16,629 bases of DNA, from the NCBI GenBank assembly GCA_040753215.1, contig JBFMEZ010000018.1, forward strand, positions 1-16,629. The letters are read 5' to 3'. This DNA comes from Candidatus Micrarchaeota archaeon. Its GTDB lineage: Archaea > Micrarchaeota > Micrarchaeia > Anstonellales > Bilamarchaeaceae. The notes beneath the pieces were generated by a model. The model saw only the letters and a program-made list of their open reading frames with translations, did not search any database and was not told where the DNA came from. The number at the start of each line of letters is the position of its first letter. Within the stretch, counting starts at the first letter, position 1. A program made the translations under genes and the position numbers. This document shows, piece by piece, positions 5,978-15,184 of the stretch.

Positions 5978-8900
5978 CTAGTCCTCCCTCTCAACCGGAG
6001 CCTTCTTTTTCTTTTTTCTCTTCCAGAAGAACAGCCACCACAGCAGCAGGAGCAGCAGCAGGAGGATTATCAGCCACGAGGAGGTGACTATTACGTTGAT
6101 TACGCTCTGCAGCAGGTTCTGCAGGCCTCCGAGCACGCCCGCAAGGCCGGTTACGACCTCCTCCTCTGTGGGCTTCTCTGTGCATGAGCCCTCCCTGCAT
6201 TCAAAGCCGGACGGGCAGTCAGCATCAGAGGCGCATCCTCCGGGCGGCATGCGCGAGCACAGCCCCTGGCTGCATCCGAACCCTGAGGGGCATTCCCCGC
6301 TCACGGTGCATCTCCTCTCATCCGGAGGCAGCTGCTCGTAGGGTATGCATTCGTAATCCCTGCATACGTAATCCTGCGGACAGTCTGAATCTGCAAGGCA
6401 TTCTGCGCATTCCTGGGTTGTGGAAAGGTCGTAGAAGCCCTCAAAGCCCGCATGTGAATTGGCGGGCATGTATACCCTTATCCTCCCATCCCATTCGTCT
6501 ATGGTTACCTGGCCATCGGAATCGGTGGTGAATGTGCCGAGGGACTCGGTGCACTCGGGCTGCACATCGGACTGGTAGGGAAGTTCGGGGCAGCGGAATA
6601 CATCAACACGCTCCCCTTCCATCGGGGTTTCCGTGCATATCGGCTGCGTATCAGGAAGGTCCTGCTGGAAGCACTGCGTCGTTGTTACGGTGATTGTGCT
6701 GCCCTCGCAGGATGGGTCGAAGCTGATTGTGAGCTGCGGCGGTGCCTCGCACTGCTCGGTGGAAGGCAGCTCGCCCGAGGTTTCGTAGCTTACGGATGGG
6801 TTTTCCGGGTCTTCGGCGACTATCCTTACGAAGCCGTCCCTCGCGCCCGTGGTCACCTGCCCGCCCGCATCTGTGGTGTAGGTGCCTATCAGCTCATCGC
6901 ACTCCACCACCTCCGCAACATAAGGCTCGGGGCAGCGGTATATGCTTACTTCCGAGCCCTCCACGGGGACGGGGCCGCATGCGAGGTATCCGCCCCCGTC
7001 TAGTGCCCCTCCCGTGCATTCCTCGGTTGTGACCGTTATGACGCTGCCTGCGCAATCAGGCTGGAAGCCTATATCCAGCAGCCGGGGCTGGGGAAGCACA
7101 TCCATGTCCTTCTCAGCGTCCTGGAAGTCGCCGAAGCTGGCCAGGATTGTGCATGTGCCGGGCTCATCGGGGGTGAAGAATACCCTTCCCCACGCATCGG
7201 TCCAGTCTGTGAATACGAGCTCCCCGTCGCAGGTGATGTCAACCCTTGCGCCTATGAGCCTCTGGCCGTCCTCCTCCCTTGCGACTTCTATCTGCGTTGG
7301 AGTGCCTTCTGTGGTATTGTCAGGGGCGATTATCTCAAGGAACATCTCCTCCGGGGGTGCGCCTGCTTCAGATGGCCTTCTTACCGTGAGGGTGCCGGAA
7401 ACGGATGCATCTGTGTAGTTCTCAGAGCCGGTTGTGTTGCAGATGTATGCGTAGGAGCCTATGGAGAGGTTCTGCAGGTCCTGTACGTATAATGTACCGT
7501 TTGCGGCCTCTATCCCGTTGCGGAAGAGGGTAAGGTTCGCTTCTGCATTGTTTGCGGCGCAGGAAACATTAGTCTCAGTCCCTGGATTGACCGTGCTGGA
7601 GGGGAGGGCTGTGAGCGTAAGGATTGTTGTGTTCTTGTTTACTGAGAGGATTCCAGAGGTTTCTGCAGAAGTGTAGTTCTGGGAGCCTGTCGTGTTGCAG
7701 GTGTAGTTGTAGGTGCCTGCGGAGAGGTTGGCGAGATAATCTATGTAGGTGGCTCCTGTTGCGCGCAGCGTGCCATTCTCATACAGGTTCAGCGTTGCTT
7801 CTGAGTTGCTGGCGTTGCAGGAGACGTTGGTCTCTGTCTTGTAGGTTACGTTGTTTGATGGCAGGAAGGTGAGGGTGAGGTAGGTCGCGTTCTTGTTCAT
7901 TGTGTACAGGGAGCTGTTGATGGCTGCTGTGTAGTTCTCGGTTTCTGAAACGTTGCAGGTGTAGTTCCATACTCCTGCAGGGATTACTACGAACTGGTTG
8001 TTCTCTGTTGCGGTGACATCGGTGGTGTTCCTCCAGAGCGTGAAGGACGCCTCTGGGTTGTTGCAGGAGCAGGAGGCGTTTACCGTGGTGTTGTAGGTCT
8101 GCGGGGAGAGGGGGTCGAATGAAAGGGAGCAGGAGCTGGTATTCTTGTTAACCGTGAGGATGCCTGAGAGTTCTGCACTGGTATAGTTCTCGGTTTCTGA
8201 AACGTTGCAGGTGTAGTTCCAAAGACCTGCGGAAAGGTTTGCGAGGTGCTCCACATAATTGTTCGCGGGGCCGCCGACAAGGGAACCGTTCCTGTAGAGA
8301 TTTAATATCACCTCTGAATTGCTTGCGTTGCAGGATACGTTGGTCTCGGTTTTGTAGGTAACATTGTCGGAAGGCAGGAAGGTGAGGTTAAGGAGCGTTG
8401 CGTTCTTGTTGACCGTGAGTATGCCTGATATGTTTGCCGCCGAATAGTTCGCAGTGCCGGTGGTGTTGCAGGTGTAGTTGTAGGTTCCTGCAGAGAGATT
8501 GGCGAGGTGTTCTATGTAAAGGGTTCCGTTGGCTACTTCAGTGCTGTTCTGGTAGAGCCTGAGGAAAACTTCGGAATTGCTTGCGTTGCAGGAGACGTTT
8601 GTCTCCGTCCCGAAGGTGACCGGGTTCGAAGGCAAGAATGTGAGATTGAGGATGGTTGTGATCTGGCCCATCGCGAAGCCGGATAAGCCGGAGACGTTGA
8701 AGGTCGCGGTGAATGGTGCGGAGGCTCCGGTGCAGTTTATGCTGGTCGGGTATATGGTACCGTTGGCGAGGATGTCCGCAAGGGTGATCGGGAAGCCGGT
8801 TCTCCTGAGCACCGGGTAGCTGCAGTTGGATGTGTAGATGGTTATGTTGGCGGGTGCGCTTCCCTGCGGCTGGTTCGCATCGTCAAGGGAAACCCAGGAG

Positions 8901-11900
8901 TCCCTGAGGACCGCAGTTCCCACGGAGAAGTCCGGCTCGTTCGTCCAGATGTTCACGCTGGTCACGTTGAGGAAGAAGTAGCTTATGAGGCCGATTGAGA
9001 TGTTGTAGCCGAGCGTGAGGTTGGTGAAGTTGTTCTGGGCTGAGGTCGATGCGAAAAGGTAATTGCTCTGGTTGTAGATGAGCGTATTGTTGAAGAAGTT
9101 GTAGGTGGGGATGGATGGCTCGGTGAAGTATACGCCGTAGCCGGAGTTGTTGTATGCGAGGGTGTCCGTGAAGTTGTTGAGGAATGAGTTTAGGACGTAG
9201 AAACCGGCCGAAGCAGCGCCGTTGCTGTGCGAGGTGCTGTTGGCGAAGGTATTGTAGTTGGACGAGCTTATGTAAAAGCCGGGGTTGGTATTCCAGTATG
9301 CGGTGCTGTTCATGAAAACGTTGCTTGAGGAAGCGGATACGTAAAATCCGTAATCGTTGTCGTAAGAAAGGCTGTTCACGAGATTACTGTAAAGCGCCCC
9401 GTCCAGGATGAAGCCGCTGCTGCTGGTGTTATATGCGGTATTGTTGGTAAGATTGTTATAATCGTCGCCTATGTAGAAGCCGTAGCCCAGGCCGTCGCGG
9501 GCGGTGTTGTTGATGAGCGTGTTGTTCTCGCCAGGGGTCCCGAAGAAATTATCTATCCAGAAGCCCGCGAAATCCGCATCGTAGGCAAGGTTGTTGGTGA
9601 GGGTGCTGTAGCCGGAGCCGAAAAGGCCGAAACCCGCATTTGTCACATCATAGGCGGTGTTGTCCCTGAGCAGGGTATAATTGGAGACGTATATTGCAAA
9701 TCCGTTGGTATTTGTGTATGCAGTGTTGTTTGTCAGGTTGTTGTATTGGGTTGTCGTGATGTAGAATTCGTAGGCGGTGTTCGAATAGCCGGTGTTGTTC
9801 TCAAGCGTGTTGTTCTCAGCATTGGGGTATATGACAAAGCCGTAATCGTTGTAGAAAGCCGTGGAGCCGCCTATTGCGTTGAAAGACGAGGAGGAGTCGA
9901 GCAGGAAGCCGAACTGGCTGTTGTTATAGGCGGTGCTGTTGAGTATGGTATTGTAGTTCGCGCCCGAAGCGAACCATAGGCCGTACGTGTTGTTGTTTGC
10001 GGTGCCGTTCACGACCAGCGTATAGTTGGAGGCCAGCACGTAGAACCCTACATTGTTCAGGTAGGCGGAGCTGTTGGAGATGTTGGCGTAGTTGGAGCTG
10101 TTCAGCTCTATGCCGTAGTTGGTGTTATTGTAAGCGAGGTCGTTGGCGAGTATGTTGAAGTCCGACTCAAGAATGAAAAAGCCGGCAAAGGTGCTGTTGA
10201 ACGCGCGGTTGTTCGTGAGGGTGTTGCTGTCTGACGAAGTGAGGTAGAACCCGTAGGCGATATTATCGTAGGCCGTGTTGTTGATCAGGGTGTTGGCATT
10301 CGATGAGGAGAAGCCGAAGCCCACATTGGCGTTCCTGTATGCGGTGTTTTCCACGAAACGGTTGGAGCCCGCCGTGGAGAAGGCGAAGCCGCTGTCGCTG
10401 TTGTTGCTGGCTGAGTTGTTCGTGAAGTTGTTCTGGTTCGAGGGGAAGGTTGCGGCGGCGAATCCATAAGCGTTTTCACGGGCTGAGTTGTTCGTGAAGC
10501 TGTTCCTGTACGCGTAGACGAGGCCGAAGCCGGAGCTCGTGCTGTTGTAGGCCGTGTTGTTGAACACTGTGCTGTAGTTGGCATAGGTGAAGGCGAAGCC
10601 TGTGTTCGAGAGGTTATAGGCGGTATTGTGGGCGAGCCTGGTGCGGTTTGTGCCGGATATGCCAAAGCCATATTCATAATTCCTCACGGTGCAGTTCTCT
10701 ATCGTATCGTTCTCAACTACGGACGGGTTTGTGGAGATTGCCCACCCGTCCCCGTCAATGCCGTCAAGTATGGAGCCGTTGCAGTCAAGGTAGATGTTGG
10801 AGGAGTTCATGAGGAGGACTTCTTCCTGGCTTGTATAGTTTGCCAGGAAGTAGGTGTCCCTGCAGAGGGTTGTATTCCTGTTAACGTGGAGGATGCCGGA
10901 TTTGTTTACTATCTTCGCCCCCCAGGTGGAGGAATCCGAGAGGTTTACGCATCCTGAGGTGTCATTCATCGCAAAGCCCGAGAAGCCGGAGACGTTGAAG
11001 GTTGCGGTGAATGGCGCGGATGCGCCGGAGCAGGTCCTGCTTGTGGAATACAGGGTGCCGTTCGCGACTATGTCCTCGAATGAGACCGGGAAGCCCAGCT
11101 TCTTCCAGATGGGATTGCTGCAATCATCCGTGTAAATGGTTACGTTGGCGGATTGGTTCGCATCGGCTGCCGCGGAATCATTGAGGGAAACCCATGTCGG
11201 CCTTATCACAATTGTGCCGTTCCGGAAATCGCTTTCGTTCGTCCAGAGGTCAAGGCCGTCGGTTGATATCTGGGCGAGATAATTTATCAGGCCGATGGTC
11301 AGGTTGTAGCCCAGGGTGAGGTTGTTGAACACGGTCGGCTTTACGGGTATGGGCTCCTGGAAAAGGTATTTGGACTGGTTGTAAATCCAGGTGTTGTTGA
11401 AAACCGTGTTGCCGGCGACCGCGCCTATTGTGTTGTGTATGTAAATACCATACTGCGTGTTCAAGAATGCCACATCTCCGAAGAACTGTACTACGCTGTA
11501 ATCATAGCCGTCCAGCTCGAAGCCGTGCTGGGAGTTGTTGAACGCATAGTTGAAGCTGAAATTCGAGTAGCTTATGTTCAGGAGGAGGAAGCCGTCTATG
11601 GAATTGTTGAATGCCGTGTTGTTGGCGATTATGCTTTCATTGATTACGCTCATGTTGAAGCCGTGCCTGTTCTCCCAGGCATCATTGTCTGCCCAGGTGT
11701 TTGTGAAGGAATTGAAGGCGTGGAAGCCCGAGCCGCTATTCGAGTAAGCTGAGTTGTTTGAAAGGAGGTTGTTGGTGGAGCCGCCTGTGACGGAGAAGCC
11801 GTGCGCCAGGTTTCCGTAAGCATCGTTATTTGAGAGATTGTTGTAGGTGGAGGTCTGGTCTATAAGTATGCCGCTGAGCAGGTTGGTGAAGAGCGTGTTG

Positions 11901-12880
11901 TTTATCAGATTATTGTAGTTCGAATTGAGGAAATAGATTCCGTTCTGGGCATTGGTGTAAAGCGAATTGTTTGTGAGGTTATTCCTGTCTGCACCGTTGT
12001 TGAGATAGATTCCATGTCGGTAGTTATTGTATGCGGTGTTGTTTTCAAGGGAATTGTTGTCGGAAGAGAGCAGGTAAAAGCCGTCTCTTGTGTTGATTAC
12101 GGCAAGGTTCTCTGCGAGCGTGTTGAAATGGCTTGTGAAGAGATAGAAACCGTAGAAGGAATTATTCAGGGCAGAGTTGTTAAGTAGTATATTATACCGT
12201 ACTGTGGAGCCATCCAGTGCAAAGCCGGAATCGGAGTTGTTGAAGGCACGGTTGTTGGTGAGGTTATTGGATTGGGAATTGCTGCCCAGAACGAAACCAT
12301 AAAGGGTATTGTTTGCCGCAGTATTATTCACAAACCGGTTGGATTGCGCATCATTTGTTGAAAAGCCGGAATCGGAGTTGTTGAAGGCGCGATTGTTTGA
12401 GAGATTGTTGTACCTGGAAGTCTGGAGGAGGTAGAGGCCGAAACGGGAATTATTGTATGTGATACTGTCAAGAATATTGTTGTAGCTGGAGCTGAGGCCT
12501 ATGTAAAAGCCGTCTATGGTATTATTCCAGACCGTGGTATTGGCGATGGTGCTGTTCTCAACGCCTGCAAAGCGCACTCCATAAGCATAGGATGATATTG
12601 AACTGCAGTTATGTATGGAAACGTTGCTGACCTGGTCTACGTAAATGCCTGTTGTGGTTCCGGATTCATTGCCTGTGAGCGTTTTGAAGGCGCAACTGAA
12701 AAGCACATTTGATGCATTTATGTATATGCAGGAGGCGATGCCGTTGAATGTGCCGTTCCCGGTCAGGGTATTATTCAAACGGTATTCGCCTGGTAAGGAT
12801 ATATTCGAGCACGTACTTATGTTCGTCTGGGAAAAAATAAAACCTGTCAGCAGCAGCAGAAATAACAGACGCTTTAACAT
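5978..12880 (-). CDS. Giant (~2300 aa) membrane-anchored surface glycoprotein: two right-handed beta-helix (NosD/PbH1-like) modules, five Ig-like repeats, acidic and Cys-rich repeats, C-terminal TM helix and basic tail
   Basis: The start is more likely 12880 (MLKRLLFLLLLTGFIFS signal peptide, TATA at 12901-12910) than 12937. It has many 'N.L.NN.A.NN...GF.L..S' repeats of about 22-24 aa, VNKN-delimited repeats of about 86 aa, three C..D/S..CP....C....C motifs, and WLIILLLLLLLLWWLFFW followed by KRKKKKK. Confidence 0.92.
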   Translation of the reverse strand: MLKRLLFLLLLTGFIFSQTNISTCSNISLPGEYRLNNTLTGNGTFNGIASCIYINASNVLFSCAFKTLTGNESGTTTGIYVDQVSNVSIHNCSSISSYAYGVRFAGVENSTIANTTVWNNTIDGFYIGLSSSYNNILDSITYNNSRFGLYLLQTSRYNNLSNNRAFNNSDSGFSTNDAQSNRFVNNTAANNTLYGFVLGSNSQSNNLTNNRAFNNSDSGFALDGSTVRYNILLNNSALNNSFYGFYLFTSHFNTLAENLAVINTRDGFYLLSSDNNSLENNTAYNNYRHGIYLNNGADRNNLTNNSLYTNAQNGIYFLNSNYNNLINNTLFTNLLSGILIDQTSTYNNLSNNDAYGNLAHGFSVTGGSTNNLLSNNSAYSNSGSGFHAFNSFTNTWADNDAWENRHGFNMSVINESIIANNTAFNNSIDGFLLLNISYSNFSFNYAFNNSQHGFELDGYDYSVVQFFGDVAFLNTQYGIYIHNTIGAVAGNTVFNNTWIYNQSKYLFQEPIPVKPTVFNNLTLGYNLTIGLINYLAQISTDGLDLWTNESDFRNGTIVIRPTWVSLNDSAAADANQSANVTIYTDDCSNPIWKKLGFPVSFEDIVANGTLYSTSRTCSGASAPFTATFNVSGFSGFAMNDTSGCVNLSDSSTWGAKIVNKSGILHVNRNTTLCRDTYFLANYTSQEEVLLMNSSNIYLDCNGSILDGIDGDGWAISTNPSVVENDTIENCTVRNYEYGFGISGTNRTRLAHNTAYNLSNTGFAFTYANYSTVFNNTAYNSTSSGFGLVYAYRNSFTNNSARENAYGFAAATFPSNQNNFTNNSASNNSDSGFAFSTAGSNRFVENTAYRNANVGFGFSSSNANTLINNTAYDNIAYGFYLTSSDSNTLTNNRAFNSTFAGFFILESDFNILANDLAYNNTNYGIELNSSNYANISNSSAYLNNVGFYVLASNYTLVVNGTANNNTYGLWFASGANYNTILNSTAYNNSQFGFLLDSSSSFNAIGGSTAFYNDYGFVIYPNAENNTLENNTGYSNTAYEFYITTTQYNNLTNNTAYTNTNGFAIYVSNYTLLRDNTAYDVTNAGFGLFGSGYSTLTNNLAYDADFAGFWIDNFFGTPGENNTLINNTARDGLGYGFYIGDDYNNLTNNTAYNTSSSGFILDGALYSNLVNSLSYDNDYGFYVSASSSNVFMNSTAYWNTNPGFYISSSNYNTFANSTSHSNGAASAGFYVLNSFLNNFTDTLAYNNSGYGVYFTEPSIPTYNFFNNTLIYNQSNYLFASTSAQNNFTNLTLGYNISIGLISYFFLNVTSVNIWTNEPDFSVGTAVLRDSWVSLDDANQPQGSAPANITIYTSNCSYPVLRRTGFPITLADILANGTIYPTSINCTGASAPFTATFNVSGLSGFAMGQITTILNLTFLPSNPVTFGTETNVSCNASNSEVFLRLYQNSTEVANGTLYIEHLANLSAGTYNYTCNTTGTANYSAANISGILTVNKNATLLNLTFLPSDNVTYKTETNVSCNASNSEVILNLYRNGSLVGGPANNYVEHLANLSAGLWNYTCNVSETENYTSAELSGILTVNKNTSSCSLSFDPLSPQTYNTTVNASCSCNNPEASFTLWRNTTDVTATENNQFVVIPAGVWNYTCNVSETENYTAAINSSLYTMNKNATYLTLTFLPSNNVTYKTETNVSCNASNSEATLNLYENGTLRATGATYIDYLANLSAGTYNYTCNTTGSQNYTSAETSGILSVNKNTTILTLTALPSSTVNPGTETNVSCAANNAEANLTLFRNGIEAANGTLYVQDLQNLSIGSYAYICNTTGSENYTDASVSGTLTVRRPSEAGAPPEEMFLEIIAPDNTTEGTPTQIEVAREEDGQRLIGARVDITCDGELVFTDWTDAWGRVFFTPDEPGTCTILASFGDFQDAEKDMDVLPQPRLLDIGFQPDCAGSVITVTTEECTGGALDGGGYLACGPVPVEGSEVSIYRCPEPYVAEVVECDELIGTYTTDAGGQVTTGARDGFVRIVAEDPENPSVSYETSGELPSTEQCEAPPQLTISFDPSCEGSTITVTTTQCFQQDLPDTQPICTETPMEGERVDVFRCPELPYQSDVQPECTESLGTFTTDSDGQVTIDEWDGRIRVYMPANSHAGFEGFYDLSTTQECAECLADSDCPQDYVCRDYECIPYEQLPPDERRCTVSGECPSGFGCSQGLCSRMPPGGCASDADCPSGFECREGSCTEKPTEEEVVTGLAGVLGGLQNLLQSVINVIVTSSWLIILLLLLLLLWWLFFWKRKKKKKAPVERED
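7380..8660 (-). repeat. Five tandem ~86-aa Ig-like coding repeats
   Basis: The consensus is T.L.LTFLPS..VT..TETNVSCNASNSE..L.LY.NG....LANLSAG.YNYTCN.....NYT.A..SG.L.VNKN, with boundaries near 8402, 8140, 7889 and 7631. Confidence 0.85.
8669..11402 (-). repeat. Duplicated ~140-aa cap domain closing each beta-helix module (10967-11402 and 8669-9094)
   Basis: Both copies read FNNT.IYNQS.YLF..NLTLGYN..IGLI.Y..WTNE.DF..GT....WVSL.D..AN.TIYT..CS.P....GFP....DI.ANGT.Y....C.GASAPFTATFNVSG.SGFAM. Confidence 0.85.
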
Positions 12881-12900
12881 GCGCCCAAAATCGGAGATAA

Positions 12901-12944
12901 TATTTAAAAAGGTGCCATCTGCCGGCCAACAGCACATTTATAAG
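12901..12944. promoter_or_regulatory. Back-to-back TATA boxes of divergent surface-protein genes
   Basis: TTTTTAAATA on the minus strand (12901-12910) lies 20 nt from ATG 12880. TTTATAAG on the plus strand (12937-12944) lies 23 nt from ATG 12968. Confidence 0.6.
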
Positions 12945-12967
12945 CATTAATAGCCGTATATAACAAC

Positions 12968-14128
12968 ATGAAAATGCAAACCGCCGGAACCGGCGTTCCT
13001 GCTTATGAGAGCGTTGCGGTTCTGCCCAATGGGAGGGTCATCCGTTTTGATGCCCCAAGCAGGGAGAAAGAGCCGGAGGCGAGCCCCTCCGAAAGCAGGG
13101 AGCCGCAGGGAAAGCGCGGCAGCTGGCTCTTCAGGGCGGTTGCGCCGCTAATTGCTGGGATTGCGCTTCTAAGATGCGGCGCGGCCACCAGCTTCAGCGA
13201 TGATGAGAAGCCGGATGTGAAGGAAGAGACGGATGTGCCTCAGGAAGAGGACGCACCCGATGTCCAGGGAGAAGCTGATGTTGCAGAAACCCCGGATGAG
13301 GCAGTTGAAGATGCACCTACGGAAGCGGAGGAGGATGCAGGAACAGAGGATGCCCCCCCTGAAGAAGAGGATGCCGGGCCGGATGAGGCGACGGGCGCCG
13401 AGGATGCGCCTGATTTTGAATTTGTTGATGTGCCGGATGGCGGGGATATTATAGAAGTGGAGGCGGAGGGTGGAGGATGCACTGAGACCACGCGCACTGA
13501 AACAACTCCTCTTCCCGGCCCAATGGAGATATGCGGAAGCACCCAGACTACGACCACATACACTGAGATAGTCACTACAACCGGGCCTGACTGCGAAACG
13601 CCGGGCACGACCAGGACTATGGTGAGAAAGGCGGTGGAAATCAGGCCGCCGCTGGATACCGGAGACCTGGGGTGCGCAAGGGGCACGATAGTAAGGGCCC
13701 TGAATGGGGAAGAGGTTATCATAACGCTTGAACCTGCACGCCTTGAAAGCGCAACTGAATTTGCCAGGGCCGTTGGAATGCGTACTGGGGATATACTGGA
13801 TGGAGGTGCTGCGGAGTATAAACTTTACCTTACAGATGTATCTACACCTATTGCACGTACATCCCTTCTGGATGCAGACTGGAATACTGTCAGGTCAGCT
13901 TTCTATGTCTATGAAACCGGCTATGCAACAATAGACATCCGCAGGGGAGCGATTTCATGGAATCTGGTGGATCCAAACGTTGCTGATATGGCATATACAG
14001 GACCGCCAAACGCAAGGGAGAGCGGAGGCACCGAATACTGGACTTCCGGGGATGGATGGCCCTTCGCATTCTACACAGTCGTTGTTGGCACCCAGCTGCA
14101 GGGATGGGAGTGGGTAAGAAGCCCATAA
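12968..14128 (+). CDS. Membrane-anchored or secreted protein with an acidic D/E/A/P linker and a C-terminal domain reminiscent of archaeal S-layer proteins
   Basis: Charged N-terminal extension, hydrophobic segment ending LLRC (lipobox-like), about 90 aa of acidic linker (EDAP/DAG/PD), a Thr/Cys-rich segment, then a globular domain (..MRTGDILDGG..YKLYLTDVS...SLLDAD..). The S-layer similarity is from pattern recall only. Confidence 0.7.
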   Translation: MKMQTAGTGVPAYESVAVLPNGRVIRFDAPSREKEPEASPSESREPQGKRGSWLFRAVAPLIAGIALLRCGAATSFSDDEKPDVKEETDVPQEEDAPDVQGEADVAETPDEAVEDAPTEAEEDAGTEDAPPEEEDAGPDEATGAEDAPDFEFVDVPDGGDIIEVEAEGGGCTETTRTETTPLPGPMEICGSTQTTTTYTEIVTTTGPDCETPGTTRTMVRKAVEIRPPLDTGDLGCARGTIVRALNGEEVIITLEPARLESATEFARAVGMRTGDILDGGAAEYKLYLTDVSTPIARTSLLDADWNTVRSAFYVYETGYATIDIRRGAISWNLVDPNVADMAYTGPPNARESGGTEYWTSGDGWPFAFYTVVVGTQLQGWEWVRSP

Positions 14129-14176
14129 ATGCACTGAAGAATAGCACTTTCCGAAAGAATCAGCAACCAGTTTTCT

Positions 14177-15184
14177 CTAGGCCTCTGCAAAGAACCTTGC
14201 TACGTTCTCTGCGAGTTCCGGGTTGGATGAGAGTATTTCCCTCACTACGCCTGCATCGTACTCCCTTACCCCGCTCAGCATCTCGGCAAGGGTTTTGGAA
14301 TCCTCGGACAATCCAACGGTTGCAAGGAACTGTTCGGGTATTGCTTCCGCTATTGAGGAGTATTTTTCAGCTTCATTCTTTTCATTCTCTTCTTCTATTA
14401 CCTTGTCCAGGTCTTCCTTCAGCTTCCTGGAGAACTCCATGTCCTCCGCGATTGTGCGCACCTCCTCAATCATGCGGGCAATTACCTCCTGGGTGAGCTT
14501 TTCTATTTCTGTGCCTGCTCCCATCTCGGCACCTTCCAGGAATGAAGAGAGCGCATTACGCTCCGCAAAGGACAGGTATGTGGCAGCCGTGCGCAATTCA
14601 TCCATGTCCCTTGCAGCCCACACCTTTTCCATCGTTTCCAGGTCCGCGCCCCTAAGTTCTCCGACCATTGCGGTGGCCATAGCTGCGGACATGTTGCATA
14701 TATCGCCCTGTGACATGGCGATTCCCTCCTGCTTAAGGAAGGGGTCGACTGTTTGCTGGACGATGCGCAGCTGCTCATTGTAGGATACTTGCGCGAAGTA
14801 ATCAAAATCAACAGTATTCACGAAATGATGCGCAAATCTTATCTGTTCTTCCACCGACCAGCCGGCGGTTGCTGAGCGGAAGATTTCTGAATTGAATGCG
14901 GAGGCCGCGGTTACGCATTCCTGGAAGCCAGAGAGATTCCCGTGTTCTAATTGGAAGGATGCGCCTGCGAGGAGGCCCTGCTGGGCGTCGGAGAGGGGAA
15001 GCCTTGAGAGCTCAATGAAACGATTTATCGCACGTAGAGTATGTATATCTTGCGTTGCCTCGGCCGTTTCTATGGCGCGCATAGCCACGGGCGCACTAGC
15101 ACCAAAAGCATCACGCAAAGCAGTTTGGCTTTTATCTATTTGGACCTCTCTGGAACCAGACTGGTCTTGCTCTAAACGTGGCAT
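14177..15184 (-). CDS. Hypothetical acidic alpha-helical / coiled-coil protein
   Basis: 335-aa ORF rich in A/E with a heptad-like stretch (EIEKLTQEVIARMIEEVR...EEENEKNE) and no TM segment or signal peptide. Its ATG directly abuts the upstream TAG. Confidence 0.75.
   Translation of the reverse strand: MPRLEQDQSGSREVQIDKSQTALRDAFGASAPVAMRAIETAEATQDIHTLRAINRFIELSRLPLSDAQQGLLAGASFQLEHGNLSGFQECVTAASAFNSEIFRSATAGWSVEEQIRFAHHFVNTVDFDYFAQVSYNEQLRIVQQTVDPFLKQEGIAMSQGDICNMSAAMATAMVGELRGADLETMEKVWAARDMDELRTAATYLSFAERNALSSFLEGAEMGAGTEIEKLTQEVIARMIEEVRTIAEDMEFSRKLKEDLDKVIEEENEKNEAEKYSSIAEAIPEQFLATVGLSEDSKTLAEMLSGVREYDAGVVREILSSNPELAENVARFFAEA

Noticed and set aside
8669..11030. Possible DGR template/variable repeat pair (8669-8735 vs 10967-11030)
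   Set aside because: The mismatches are mostly synonymous and not adenine-specific, both copies are coding, and no reverse transcriptase or Avd is visible in the window.
12881..12937. ORF-track N-terminal extension (MCCWPADG...) of the giant protein
   Set aside because: It overlaps the TATA boxes. The ATG at 12880 gives a clean signal peptide at normal promoter spacing.
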